The notes: generated by a model from the sequence alone, not told the origin. A stretch of DNA of 32,000 bases from Candidatus Melainabacteria bacterium (GCA_020854255.1 JADZFV010000392.1:1018-33017); one strand, 5' to 3'. Numbered from the stretch's first letter, positions 16,605 to 25,667 are shown. Made by a program: numbers and translations.

Positions 16605-19253
16605 CTAACTTTCACTGACACTGCCGGCAGTAGCAGCCTCAAAGAGAGACAATTGCATGACTTCTTCAATCGGTATATTTCTGAACTTGGGTCCGTCCAG
16701 TATTTTGCTGGCCGCACTGCGCCGCTCCATCTGCTGCATCAGATGCTGCGCGCGCGTAATTATCTCGGCGGGCAATCCGGCCATTTTGGCAACCTGAATC
16801 CCAAAACTTCGGCTGGCGCCGCCGGGCACCACCGAGCGAATGAATTCGACATGACCGTCGGTTTCTTTGACGAGAACTTGATAATTGGTTATTTGCGGGA
16901 AAAAACTGGCCAGCCCGTTCAACTCGTGATAGTGCGTGGCAAAAATAGTGCGCGCCCTGACTTCCTTGGCAAGATATTCCGAAACAGACCAGGCGATTGC
17001 CACACCGTCATAAGTGCTGGTGCCGCGCCCGACTTCGTCCAGGAGAATAAGAGAGCGGCTGGTCGCCGACAAACAGCACTGAGTCGTTTCGCTCATCTCG
17101 ACAAGGAATGTCGACTGCCCCTGCGCAAGATCATCGGCGGCGCCGATGCGCGTGAAAATGCGGTCGACGATGCCTATAGTGGCGCTGTCGGCGGGGACAA
17201 AAGATCCCATTTGCGCCAGAATAACAATGTGCGCGGTTTGCTTGAGCAAACTGGACTTACCGGCCATGTTCGGTCCGGTCAGGATGATCATTTGATGGTC
17301 GCTGCTGTCACCTTCAAGACGAGCATCGTTAGCCACATATCGTCCTCTGGGCAAGATACGCTCCAGGACCGGATGACGGCCCTTGGCAATCTTGAGTTCC
17401 AGCGAATCATCGACTTTCGGCTTTACATAGCGCCCTTCGATAGCCACTTTGGAAAGCGCAAGAAGAGCATCTAGCGTGGCCAGATTATTGGCGACAGAGA
17501 GCAAATCTCCGCCTGCGGCAGTTAGTTTTTGCCGGAGTTGAGTGAACAACCTGTACTCAACATCAGACTGATTTTTTTCCGCATTGAGGATCTTCACCTC
17601 GTACTCTTTCAAGTCGGGGGTGATAAAACGCTCTGCATTTGTCAGGGTTTGTTTTCTGATGTAATCATCGGGAACCAGCCCCTTCTGCGCATTTGTCACC
17701 TCTATGAAGTAGCCGAAATTACGGTTGAAATTGACCTTCAAGCTTTTAATGCCGGTGCGCTCTTGTTCTTGTTTTTGCAGGTCTTCAATCCATTGTTTGC
17801 CGCCGCCTAAAAGCGAACGAATCTCATCCAGCTCGCTGTCATAGCCTTCTTTGAATATGCCACCTTCAGTCAATTCTCTGGGCGGATCAGCTAAGAGAGC
17901 TCGAGAAATTTCCTCTTTGAGCGACTGCAAACTGGCCGGCAAATCGGACAGTTTGCTGAGACTTTCGCTCTTCAGTCCCTGAACGGCGTTCTTTAGAGCC
18001 GGCAATTGCGAAAGTGAATTTTCCACTGCCGCCAGCTCCTTCGGATTGATCGTGCCGGATGAGAGTTTTACCGAAAGCCGCTCCAGATCGGACAATGAGG
18101 AAAGGCAGTCTTTCAATGTTTCGCGTACTTGATTTTGCCCAATCAATTCTTCAATTGCATTTTGACGTTTTTCAATGGCGGCGACATCAAATAATGGGCG
18201 CATCAACCACTTGCGCATCATTCGGCTGCCCATGCCGGTTTGCGTCTGGTCGATAACCCAGAGAAGGCTGCCTTGAAAAACACCGTCGCGTGAAGTCTCG
18301 GCCAATTCCAAATTGCGTCTTGTGTTTTCATCCATGGTCAAATGACCGTCGACGCTGTATGTGGAAATACCATTGAAGCGCGGCATCTGGGCGCCTGTAG
18401 TTTTTTCCAGATACTCGAGCGCGGCTCCGGCGGCGGCTGTGGCCAGAGGCATTTTGTGGCAGCCAAAACCTTCCAAGGTGGCAACTTGGAAGAACTGACA
18501 GATGCGTCTCTGGGCGGGCTCAAACTGAAAATACATGGCCGGGCGGCCGGTGACATGATACTGCTGGCAGATTGCTTGTGGCAGATCGACCACTTCGCGG
18601 GCAACCACGTCGTCTCCTTGCGGCTTCACGACGCGCTTGGCGGCCAGAATTTCTTTCGGCTGAATTCTGCCAATCTCAATGGACAGACTGCTTTCCGGCA
18701 CCTGCGTGACGAAAAATTCACCACAGGAGGCATCTACGAAAGCCAGTCCCCAGAGATCGGAGCCGCCGGACGCTTTCACCGCTGAGAGCAGATAATTGTT
18801 TTCTCTAACCGGTAAAAGATGCGATTCCAAAACCGTCCCCGGTGTCAGTATTCTGGTCACCTGACGTTCGACGGGGCCTTTCTCAGCGCCGACTATTCCT
18901 ACTTGCTCGCATATGGCGACGGAATAACCTTTTTGAATGAGACGCGCCAGATACGCATCTACAGCGCGAGCGGGCACACCGGCCATAGGCATGCGGCCAC
19001 CCGGATAGGATGATTCGGGGCGGCCTGTCAGAGTGATATCGAGTTCGCGAGCAGCCACTTGCGCATCGCTGTCAAACATTTCATAGAAGTCGCCGACTCT
19101 GAAAAACACAAGAAAATCTGGGTATTGGGACTTAATCTCCCAGTATTGCCGCATCAAGGGCGTCAATTCTCGCGTTTTTTCAGCTTCTCCATTTACCGGA
19201 TACGAGGCTGTCTCGGCAGCGGAATTAATGCTTTCATTTTTCGCTTTTTTCAC
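16605..19253 (-). CDS. mutS: DNA mismatch repair protein MutS
   Basis: TPLMRQYWEIKSQYPDFLVFFRVGDFYEMF, Walker A TGPNMAGKSS, DEVGRGTSTYDG, FATHYHEL. GTG start. Confidence 0.95.
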   Translation of the reverse strand: MKKAKNESINSAAETASYPVNGEAEKTRELTPLMRQYWEIKSQYPDFLVFFRVGDFYEMFDSDAQVAARELDITLTGRPESSYPGGRMPMAGVPARAVDAYLARLIQKGYSVAICEQVGIVGAEKGPVERQVTRILTPGTVLESHLLPVRENNYLLSAVKASGGSDLWGLAFVDASCGEFFVTQVPESSLSIEIGRIQPKEILAAKRVVKPQGDDVVAREVVDLPQAICQQYHVTGRPAMYFQFEPAQRRICQFFQVATLEGFGCHKMPLATAAAGAALEYLEKTTGAQMPRFNGISTYSVDGHLTMDENTRRNLELAETSRDGVFQGSLLWVIDQTQTGMGSRMMRKWLMRPLFDVAAIEKRQNAIEELIGQNQVRETLKDCLSSLSDLERLSVKLSSGTINPKELAAVENSLSQLPALKNAVQGLKSESLSKLSDLPASLQSLKEEISRALLADPPRELTEGGIFKEGYDSELDEIRSLLGGGKQWIEDLQKQEQERTGIKSLKVNFNRNFGYFIEVTNAQKGLVPDDYIRKQTLTNAERFITPDLKEYEVKILNAEKNQSDVEYRLFTQLRQKLTAAGGDLLSVANNLATLDALLALSKVAIEGRYVKPKVDDSLELKIAKGRHPVLERILPRGRYVANDARLEGDSSDHQMIILTGPNMAGKSSLLKQTAHIVILAQMGSFVPADSATIGIVDRIFTRIGAADDLAQGQSTFLVEMSETTQCCLSATSRSLILLDEVGRGTSTYDGVAIAWSVSEYLAKEVRARTIFATHYHELNGLASFFPQITNYQVLVKETDGHVEFIRSVVPGGASRSFGIQVAKMAGLPAEIITRAQHLMQQMERRSAASKILDGPKFRNIPIEEVMQLSLFEAATAGSVSES

Positions 19254-19543
19254 GTTTTCAAAATACCTTGAATTCGGTTTCTTTCCCCAAATTGTCCCGT
19301 TCGATATATTTTCGAACCGATTCTATTCTCAAAACAATTCGACACATATGCGGATCATCGCAACGACTGCGCGTCAGACCAATCTTACATTTCGACCGAG
19401 GCGTCTGTTCTCATTAAGAGGATAAGCTTCTGGTAAGATGAGCCTTTGGTAATATAAATTACTCTAGAGCGGGAGCCTGAGAAGGCGTTTGGTGGGTCCT
19501 GCGAATTTGCGAGCCAAAAATAGGGCGGTAACCAGTAAAACAT

Positions 19544-20236
19544 ATGACAGAAATCAAGCATCAAGAAATCAGCTCAATCGGCACTAAAAGCGGACTAATT
19601 GCATTTGCTGCCGCCTTCTCCTTTGCGCTCACAATTTCAGGTCTATTGAGCGTTCAAGACAGCGCTGCGGCGCCCAGGGCGGGCGCTTCCGTCGTGAAGA
19701 CGACGAAAGACAAGAAAGATGCGCCTGCCGCCGAGAAAGACAGCAAAGAAAAAGACGCCAAGGACAAGGACGGCAAAGACGATAAGAAAGCCGAGGCGCC
19801 CGCTCCACCCGAGCCACCCCTTGAAAATGTCCAGTTAGTGACGACTCAAGAATTGGTTGATGCCCCTCAAAAGTTCCTGCACAAAAACGTCAAGTTCTGC
19901 GCTCCATTTCATGCCTATTCAAGCCTCGCTCTTGACTACAAGCCGGCTTTGCGCCCGTCAAAAACCCATCTTTCATTCTTGATTTTAAGACCGAACAGCA
20001 AAGTGCCCTTCTCCGAAATCAAATTGGCAATGCCGATTCCCAAGGACAAAGATCCAAAGAACAAACTTCTGCAAGACTTGAAAGACCAGGACACCATCGA
20101 AGTCACAGGCACTGTTTTTGCAACCGCACTGGACGAACCCTGGATTGACGTCAAACAGCTAATTAAGACGGCAAGCGCGCCAGATCCGAAGAAAGACAAA
20201 GAAAAGGATAGTGCCAAGAAAGAAGATTCGAAGTAA
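19544..20236 (+). CDS. Membrane-anchored or secreted protein with Lys/Asp-rich tracts and a ~110-aa globular core
   Basis: Hydrophobic N-terminal segment LIAFAAAFSFALTISGLLSV, then KTTKDKKDAPAAEKDSKEKDAKDKDGKDDKK, an unrecognised core, and a C-terminal PDPKKDKEKDSAKKEDSK tail. No clear RBS. Confidence 0.55.
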   Translation: MTEIKHQEISSIGTKSGLIAFAAAFSFALTISGLLSVQDSAAAPRAGASVVKTTKDKKDAPAAEKDSKEKDAKDKDGKDDKKAEAPAPPEPPLENVQLVTTQELVDAPQKFLHKNVKFCAPFHAYSSLALDYKPALRPSKTHLSFLILRPNSKVPFSEIKLAMPIPKDKDPKNKLLQDLKDQDTIEVTGTVFATALDEPWIDVKQLIKTASAPDPKKDKEKDSAKKEDSK

Positions 20237-20306
20237 GCTTGAGCGATAAAGGCGATGCCGCGCGTCGCCTCAATGCCTGAAGTCCGACATATCCAGGAGA
20301 TGCAAA

Positions 20307-20675
20307 ATGCCCGACCCTAACCAACTGATGGCGCTTTTAAACACCCTCAATGGCAAGCACGGCATTTTGGGTTGTTTGCTGATATCGCGGGACGGACAGG
20401 TTGTCGCAACTTCATTGCCGGCTGAAGTTGATGTGGCAATGATCGGAGCCCTGTCTGCGACACTTTTCTCCAACAACGATGTCTCAATCCAGAGAATGAA
20501 TCGCGGCAATCTCATGCAGATGACGCTTTTGACTGACCAGGGCATCCTGCACTTCTATGAGGTAGCCAACCACTTCCTCGTCGTTCTTACGGCCAAAAAT
20601 CAAAAGATCAATCTGGAAGGCTTGATTCGCTCAGTGGAAGAGCAAGGTAAATCCCTCCAGCAAATGCTCGGCTAA
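20307..20675 (+). CDS. Roadblock/LC7 (MglB-like) domain protein
   Basis: GILGCLLISRDGQVVATSLPAEVDVAMIGALSATLF..GILHFYEVANHFLVVLTAKNQKINLEGL fits the Robl_LC7 pattern. AGGAGA lies 6 nt upstream of the ATG. Confidence 0.7.
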   Translation: MPDPNQLMALLNTLNGKHGILGCLLISRDGQVVATSLPAEVDVAMIGALSATLFSNNDVSIQRMNRGNLMQMTLLTDQGILHFYEVANHFLVVLTAKNQKINLEGLIRSVEEQGKSLQQMLG

Positions 20676-20879
20676 AAGACGGGCAAGCGCCTGAATCAAC
20701 AAGTACGTGAGACTCCATATACAAGTAGGCGCCTCATTTAGTTAGTTTTAAAAGCTGAGAATTCACTATATAAGCTATAGTAGTTATCGAGAGCATATTG
20801 ATAGCCGGCTGCGGTTCTTTTGAGCCTGGAGCAGAAATATGCAGGATCCCGATGCAGGGTACTTTATCGAGGAGTGTCT

Positions 20880-22532
20880 ATGCGTCTTTCAAAAGTGAAG
20901 CCTGCTTTGTTGGCAGCACTTTTCGCCATAAACAGTTTGTTGCCGGCCTATGCGGCCAGGTTTGTCGACCTGGGCAGCAGCTGGGCGGAAAAATACATCA
21001 ACGATTTATCCGACAAAGGCGTAATTCCTGCCGAGAGCGACGGCAAATTCAAGCCAAACGAACCTGTCACGCGTGCCGCTTTGTCCATGTGGATGGTCAG
21101 AGCTCTGGGACTGGAAAACCAGCCGGTATCAACGCATCCAAGCTTTCCCGACGTCAAGGTGAGCGACCCTTTCTATAAATATGTCGAGATTATCCGGCAG
21201 AACAATTACATAGCCGGCTTCCAGGACGGATTTCGACCAAACCAATTCATTCAACAGGGTGAAGTAATTTCGATTGTCGCTCGCGCCTTGCACACTCAAG
21301 CACCGGACGAGGGGACGGTTGAGAGAGTTTTGTCACGCTATCAAGACGGCAGCAAAGTGCCGCAATGGGCACGCGTGGGAGTCGCTCAAGCGGCCGAAAG
21401 CGGTCTGCTAGACGGAGACGAAAAGCCGACCGAAGTAGATGCGACGGCGATTGCCACCAGGGCTTCGGCAGCCGCGCTGATTTATCGACTGCAGCAAAGT
21501 TTGGCCAGAAAAGACATTGCCGATACGACTGCACAAGCGGTGTCCGGCGGCTCATTTGGTGCCGGCACGGCACCAAATGTGGCATCAACACAACTGGGCG
21601 GCGGAGAGCCGGCTTATCAGGGGCGCGTCACCGAACAGGGCACCGGCCTGCCAGCTTATGGGGGCGGGCAACCAGGTTATCCGCAAACGCAAGCTGCGCC
21701 GCAAATGCCTCCGCAAAATCCTTATGCGGGCGGCGCCCAGCAAGGCTATCCGCCCATGCAGCCTCAGTATCCGCAAGCCGGCGGATACCCACCCGCCAAT
21801 CCTTATCTTTCCGGAAGAGTGGCCGTAGTAGCGGCAGGAACCAAGCTGCAAGCCAATTTAAAAAACACTCTCAATTCCGGCTCCACTCAACCGGGCGAAA
21901 CGGTTGAGGCAACGCTGGGCTCTCCCATTTATTCTGGCGGAGTAGAAGTGGTTCCGGCAGGCAGTAAGCTCTCCGGGCAAGTGACCAATGTAGTGAGCGC
22001 AAAACGATTTAAGTTTGGCGCCAATGGAAAAATCGACATTCGTTTTACTCAGATTGAAACACCTGACGGCAGGCGTGTACCGCTTTCCGCGTCCATCGAC
22101 GACACTCAGTTGAGATTGACCGGCGGCACCACAGCCGGCCGCGTCGGTAAAGGTCTGGTTACGACAGGCGTAGGGGCCGCCGGTGGTGCCGCGCTGGGAA
22201 CCGCGCTGGGAGCCATTGTCGGAGCGACCGGGCGCGGTCAGGTCGGGCGCAGCACCGGTATGGGAGCAGTGTTCGGCACCGCCCTTGGTGGTGGCGTCGG
22301 AGCAGTCGGTGCAGTCGTTCGCAAGGGATCTGAAATCACCATTCCGGCCGGCTCCACCCTGCCGATCCAGTTGGATGAATCAATGCAAGTTGCTGCCGGT
22401 GGCCCGCCGCCACCTCAATATGCCTTTCCGCCTGGTGGCGGCTATGGCGGCTATGCGCCGCCTCAAGGCGGCTACCCTCCGCCGCAAGGCGGATATCCGC
22501 CAGCGCAACAGGGTGGTTATTACCCGCAGTAA
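20880..22532 (+). CDS. SLH-domain envelope protein with a P/Q/G/Y-rich linker, a beta-rich domain carrying a double glycine-zipper hairpin, and a PQGGY-repeat tail
   Basis: The ATG at 20880 has GAGGAG upstream and gives signal peptide MRLSKVKPALLAALFAINSLLPAYA. Three SLH-like units are present (FVDLGSSWAEKYINDLSDKGVI..VTRAALSMWMVRALG; FPDVKVSDPFYKYVEIIRQNNYIAGF; VPQWARVGVAQAAESGLLDG..ATRASAAALIYRL). The Gly-zipper is at nt 22146-22325. Confidence 0.8.
   Translation: MRLSKVKPALLAALFAINSLLPAYAARFVDLGSSWAEKYINDLSDKGVIPAESDGKFKPNEPVTRAALSMWMVRALGLENQPVSTHPSFPDVKVSDPFYKYVEIIRQNNYIAGFQDGFRPNQFIQQGEVISIVARALHTQAPDEGTVERVLSRYQDGSKVPQWARVGVAQAAESGLLDGDEKPTEVDATAIATRASAAALIYRLQQSLARKDIADTTAQAVSGGSFGAGTAPNVASTQLGGGEPAYQGRVTEQGTGLPAYGGGQPGYPQTQAAPQMPPQNPYAGGAQQGYPPMQPQYPQAGGYPPANPYLSGRVAVVAAGTKLQANLKNTLNSGSTQPGETVEATLGSPIYSGGVEVVPAGSKLSGQVTNVVSAKRFKFGANGKIDIRFTQIETPDGRRVPLSASIDDTQLRLTGGTTAGRVGKGLVTTGVGAAGGAALGTALGAIVGATGRGQVGRSTGMGAVFGTALGGGVGAVGAVVRKGSEITIPAGSTLPIQLDESMQVAAGGPPPPQYAFPPGGGYGGYAPPQGGYPPPQGGYPPAQQGGYYPQ
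22431..22529 (+). repeat. Imperfect in-frame tandem repeat encoding P-P-Q-G-G-Y units at the C-terminus of the SLH protein
   Basis: Encodes PGGGYGGYAPPQGGYPPPQGGYPPAQQGGYYPQ. The nucleotide units ccgcctcaaggcggctac, ccgccgcaaggcggatat and gcgcaacagggtggttat are visible. Confidence 0.6.
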
Positions 22533-22577
22533 CTCAGGCCGGGCGACACATGGCGTCGCTCCTCCAGGCACAAGGCT

Positions 22578-23354
22578 TCAGTCGCCGCCGTAACGCCTGT
22601 TGCGCTGCGCGTATTCTTCAATCGCTTCGTCAAAATTCTCAGGCGTGAAATCAGGCCACAAAATCGGCGTAATATACAACTCAGAGTACGCCGCTTGCCA
22701 TAAAAGATAATTGGAAAGTCGCATTTCACCGCCTGTGCGAATCATCATTTCCGGATCGGGAATTTCGCCTGTAAATAGATATGAATTGAGCAACTCCTCA
22801 GTGATATCCGCTGGTGCCAGTAAGCCTGCCGCCGCTTCGGCAGCGATACGCTTTGCAGCCTGGGTGATCTCCAGGCGAGAACCATAATTGATTGCCACCT
22901 GCAAATTCAGACCGGTATTGTGCTTCGACTCTTCCATCGAACGCTCGAAAGACTTTTTCAAGCGCGCCGGGATTGTTGACATGTCACCTATGAAGCGGAG
23001 GCGAACACGGTTTTCCGATAGTTCATCAAACTCATCGCGCAACACATTGCTGAACAATTCGAACAAATAGCGTACTTCTTCACGGCTGCGCTGCCAGTTT
23101 TCGCTTGAAAAGGCATACACGGTCAAATATTCCAGCCCAATGGAGCCGGCGTGCCGGACCAGTCTTTTCAGCGACTTGACACCCTCTTTGTGACCGGAGA
23201 GGCGCGGCAATTTGCGCTGATCCGCCCATCGCCTGTTGCCGTCCATGATGATGGCAACGTGCTTGAGCGGCAACGTCATAGTCGTTTTTGCCGGCACCGG
23301 TTCACTATTATTGGTGGCAGGCTCTGGTTTTGACACTTTCAACGGTCGACCCAT
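22578..23354 (-). CDS. uppS: Undecaprenyl diphosphate synthase (di-trans,poly-cis-decaprenylcistransferase)
   Basis: HVAIIMDGNRRWA, TVYAFSSENWQRS, IRTGGEMRLSNYLLWQAAYSELY. The 25-aa N-terminal extension is uncertain. An alternative start is the ATG at 23279 (MTLPLKH). Confidence 0.9.
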   Translation of the reverse strand: MGRPLKVSKPEPATNNSEPVPAKTTMTLPLKHVAIIMDGNRRWADQRKLPRLSGHKEGVKSLKRLVRHAGSIGLEYLTVYAFSSENWQRSREEVRYLFELFSNVLRDEFDELSENRVRLRFIGDMSTIPARLKKSFERSMEESKHNTGLNLQVAINYGSRLEITQAAKRIAAEAAAGLLAPADITEELLNSYLFTGEIPDPEMMIRTGGEMRLSNYLLWQAAYSELYITPILWPDFTPENFDEAIEEYAQRNRRYGGD

Positions 23355-23452
23355 GGAAAGAGTTTACGGATGCATCTTTTCGTGCACTTGCTGGCAATTT
23401 TACCGGCTCTCGCTGGCTTGGGCTGAAAACATAAAGAATTCCTCACCGACAC

Positions 23453-23461
23453 TGATATAAT
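23453..23461 (+). promoter_or_regulatory. Candidate extended -10 promoter element (TGaTATAAT) for the 23499 gene
   Basis: A perfect TATAAT at 23456-23461 is preceded by TG one base upstream, 38 nt before the ATG. The -35 region is weak. Confidence 0.35.
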
Positions 23462-23498
23462 CACTAAACTCACGAGAGCTGCGGGAACACAGGATTTT

Positions 23499-25652
23499 AT
23501 GAACCGAGAAAAGCTGAAGGATGTCCTCGATTTATTCCTTATCAGCTTGATATCGCTTTACTTCGAACTGCTGATCATTCGTTGGTTATCCTCTGAGATT
23601 CGCATTTTCGCCTATTTCAAAAACATCCCGCTCATGGCTTGCGTCTTTGGACTTGGACTGGGGCTGGGTCTTTCCAACCATAAGCGCGTCTTTTCAGGCT
23701 ACTGGCCGTACGGGCTTTTGGCGCTCTGTACAATCATTTCTTTTGCATCGCCTCTCCATTTGGTTCACGTTTCTTGCATCAACCCGGCCGAGCACTACAT
23801 TCTGGGCGAAGCATGGGGGAATTTCACAGGCGACGTCAGCTATTTGGACAAAGTGGCAATGATCCTGCCGGGTCTGGCAGTGCTAGTCATTGTTTTCTAC
23901 TTGATGGCATTCACGTTCGCGTGTCTCGGGCAAAAGCTCGGACAAACATTCGACAAATTCCCGCCGCTACCTGCTTACAGCATCAACGTAGGGGCAAGTT
24001 TGCTCGGTATTTTGCTGTTTTCAGGACTTTCCTATCTGTCATTAAAACCCGAGCACTGGTTGCTTGTCGGCTGCGCTTTGTGCCTGCGCTTCTATTACAA
24101 ACCACTGCAGGCGGCTGCCCTGGTTGCGTGTGTAGCTATTGCGTTCTTTACGAGCGTTCCGGGAGTGATCTGGTCTCCGTATTACCGGGTGAGCACGGCA
24201 CCTGTGGTCATAGAAAAAGATGGCGACCACCCACCACTAATGTATGGACATGTGATCACCGTCAACTACGACGGTATTGAAGGTGCCTACGACAACAGCC
24301 CCGCCACCATTGCCAAAGCCTCACCAAAGCAAAAGAAACAGCTGCTTGAATACTACGATTATTTGTACGAGTTGATAGGAGACAAGCCGCGCACAATGCT
24401 GGTTCTGGCATCGGGAGCCGGCAACGATCTGGCCGCTGCTCTCAGACACGGCGCCACAGAAATTGATGCCCTGGAGATTGATCCAGTAATTGTCCAACTG
24501 GGCAAAAAACTTCATCCTGAAAAGCCTTACGACAATCCGAAAGTAACTGTGCACGTCGACGACGCACGCGCATTTCTGTCTCGCTGCAAAAAACAATATG
24601 ACCTGGTCGACTTTGCTTATCTCGACAGCCACAGCGCCTTTTCGTCGATGTCCTCGATTAGACTGGACAATTACATCTACACCGTGGAAAGTTTCCGCAG
24701 CGCTGCAAAACTGATGAAGCCGGACGGAATCATGGCTGTGACCTTCTACCCGACCACGTCATGGCAAATGACTCGCATCTTCAAGACAATCACCGAAGCG
24801 CTTGGAGAAGAGCCGATCGGCATCAATTCGGACCATGCCTTGACCTTCCTGGTCGGACCGGGCGTGGATCGCGAAGCAATCAAGAAAAAGGGCTTCAAAC
24901 TCTTCGACAAAGAAGAACAGAAAAAACTCAATGCCGTCGAAATGGCAAGCTGGGATCGCATCAACCCGACTACGGATGACTGGCCCTTTCTTTTCCTGCG
25001 CCAACGGGAAATGACTTTCACCTATGCAGCCGGACTGATATTCACCATTTGCATTGGCTGGAGACTGGTAAGACGCTGCTTCGGCAGTTATTTCGTCAAT
25101 CCGACCGGCAAGACGATGCTATTTCTGGGAGCAGCCTTCATGCTCATGGAAGTGAAGAGCGTTTCTCAGATGGGACTTCTAGCCGGAACCACCTGGATCG
25201 TCAATTCGATCGTGATTGCATCGATTTTGCTCATGATTCTTGTCGCCAACCTGATCCAGATGAAGCTCCAGCTGAAAAATGTCACAGCGCTATACGGGCT
25301 GCTTCTTGTTTCGCTTCTGGTCAGCTACTTCACGCCCCTGTCGGCTCTGAATGCACTGCCGATTGTTGAGCGACTGACCCTTGGTTCCATTGTTCTTTGC
25401 CTGCCATTTGTTTTTGCATCGATGATTTTTGCCATCTCATTTTCACGAGTCAAAGACGGACACAGCGCTCTTGGCATGAATCTCCTGGGTACCCTTATTG
25501 GCGGCGCTCTCGAGTATTCGTCGATGATTCTTGGAATTTCCGCCCTCAATCTTGTCGCTATCGTTCTTTATGCGTGCGCCTTTTTCTACTGGCGCAAGGC
25601 AGAAAAACAGGGACTGGAAGGGTCGGAAGAATTGCAAGCAGCAGACTCTTAG
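23499..25652 (+). CDS. Polytopic membrane protein with a central spermidine-synthase-like / class I SAM-methyltransferase domain
   Basis: N-terminal TM bundle (LYFELLIIRWLSSEIRIF, YSINVGASLLGILLF). Central MLVLASGAGNDLAAALRHGATEIDALEIDPVIVQLGKK and YDLVDFAYLDSHS. C-terminal TM bundle (LGAAFMLMEVKSVSQMGLLAG ...). Confidence 0.8.
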   Translation: MNREKLKDVLDLFLISLISLYFELLIIRWLSSEIRIFAYFKNIPLMACVFGLGLGLGLSNHKRVFSGYWPYGLLALCTIISFASPLHLVHVSCINPAEHYILGEAWGNFTGDVSYLDKVAMILPGLAVLVIVFYLMAFTFACLGQKLGQTFDKFPPLPAYSINVGASLLGILLFSGLSYLSLKPEHWLLVGCALCLRFYYKPLQAAALVACVAIAFFTSVPGVIWSPYYRVSTAPVVIEKDGDHPPLMYGHVITVNYDGIEGAYDNSPATIAKASPKQKKQLLEYYDYLYELIGDKPRTMLVLASGAGNDLAAALRHGATEIDALEIDPVIVQLGKKLHPEKPYDNPKVTVHVDDARAFLSRCKKQYDLVDFAYLDSHSAFSSMSSIRLDNYIYTVESFRSAAKLMKPDGIMAVTFYPTTSWQMTRIFKTITEALGEEPIGINSDHALTFLVGPGVDREAIKKKGFKLFDKEEQKKLNAVEMASWDRINPTTDDWPFLFLRQREMTFTYAAGLIFTICIGWRLVRRCFGSYFVNPTGKTMLFLGAAFMLMEVKSVSQMGLLAGTTWIVNSIVIASILLMILVANLIQMKLQLKNVTALYGLLLVSLLVSYFTPLSALNALPIVERLTLGSIVLCLPFVFASMIFAISFSRVKDGHSALGMNLLGTLIGGALEYSSMILGISALNLVAIVLYACAFFYWRKAEKQGLEGSEELQAADS

Positions 25653-25667
25653 TCCAAAATTCAGCCT

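Noticed and set aside
16653-17474. A 273-aa ORF on the + strand, antisense to mutS
   Set aside because: It sits opposite the best-conserved part of mutS, the ATPase domain. The product has no recognisable motif, so it is a shadow frame.
19295-19325. A tRNA-like GGTTCGAA string and a GTTCGA-n7-TCGAAC inverted repeat in the mutS upstream region
   Set aside because: No acceptor, D or anticodon arms can be built around it on either strand. A 6-bp inverted repeat alone is weak evidence, so I kept it only as a possible minor operator and did not call it.
20820-20879. A TTG at 20820 as the start of the SLH protein, and a TTG at 997 as the start of the first TPR protein
   Set aside because: In both cases a downstream ATG (20880, 1024) places a canonical signal peptide at the N-terminus. 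At 20880 that ATG also sits behind a GAGGAG RBS. The longer forms add non-hydrophobic leaders, and the 997 form overlaps the upstream gene.
21365-21907. Arg-rich alternative-frame ORFs (180 aa and 103 aa on the + strand, 88 aa on the - strand) inside the SLH gene
   Set aside because: They arise from the GC-rich P/Q/G-coding low-complexity DNA. The SLH frame is continuous, with recognisable domains on both sides.
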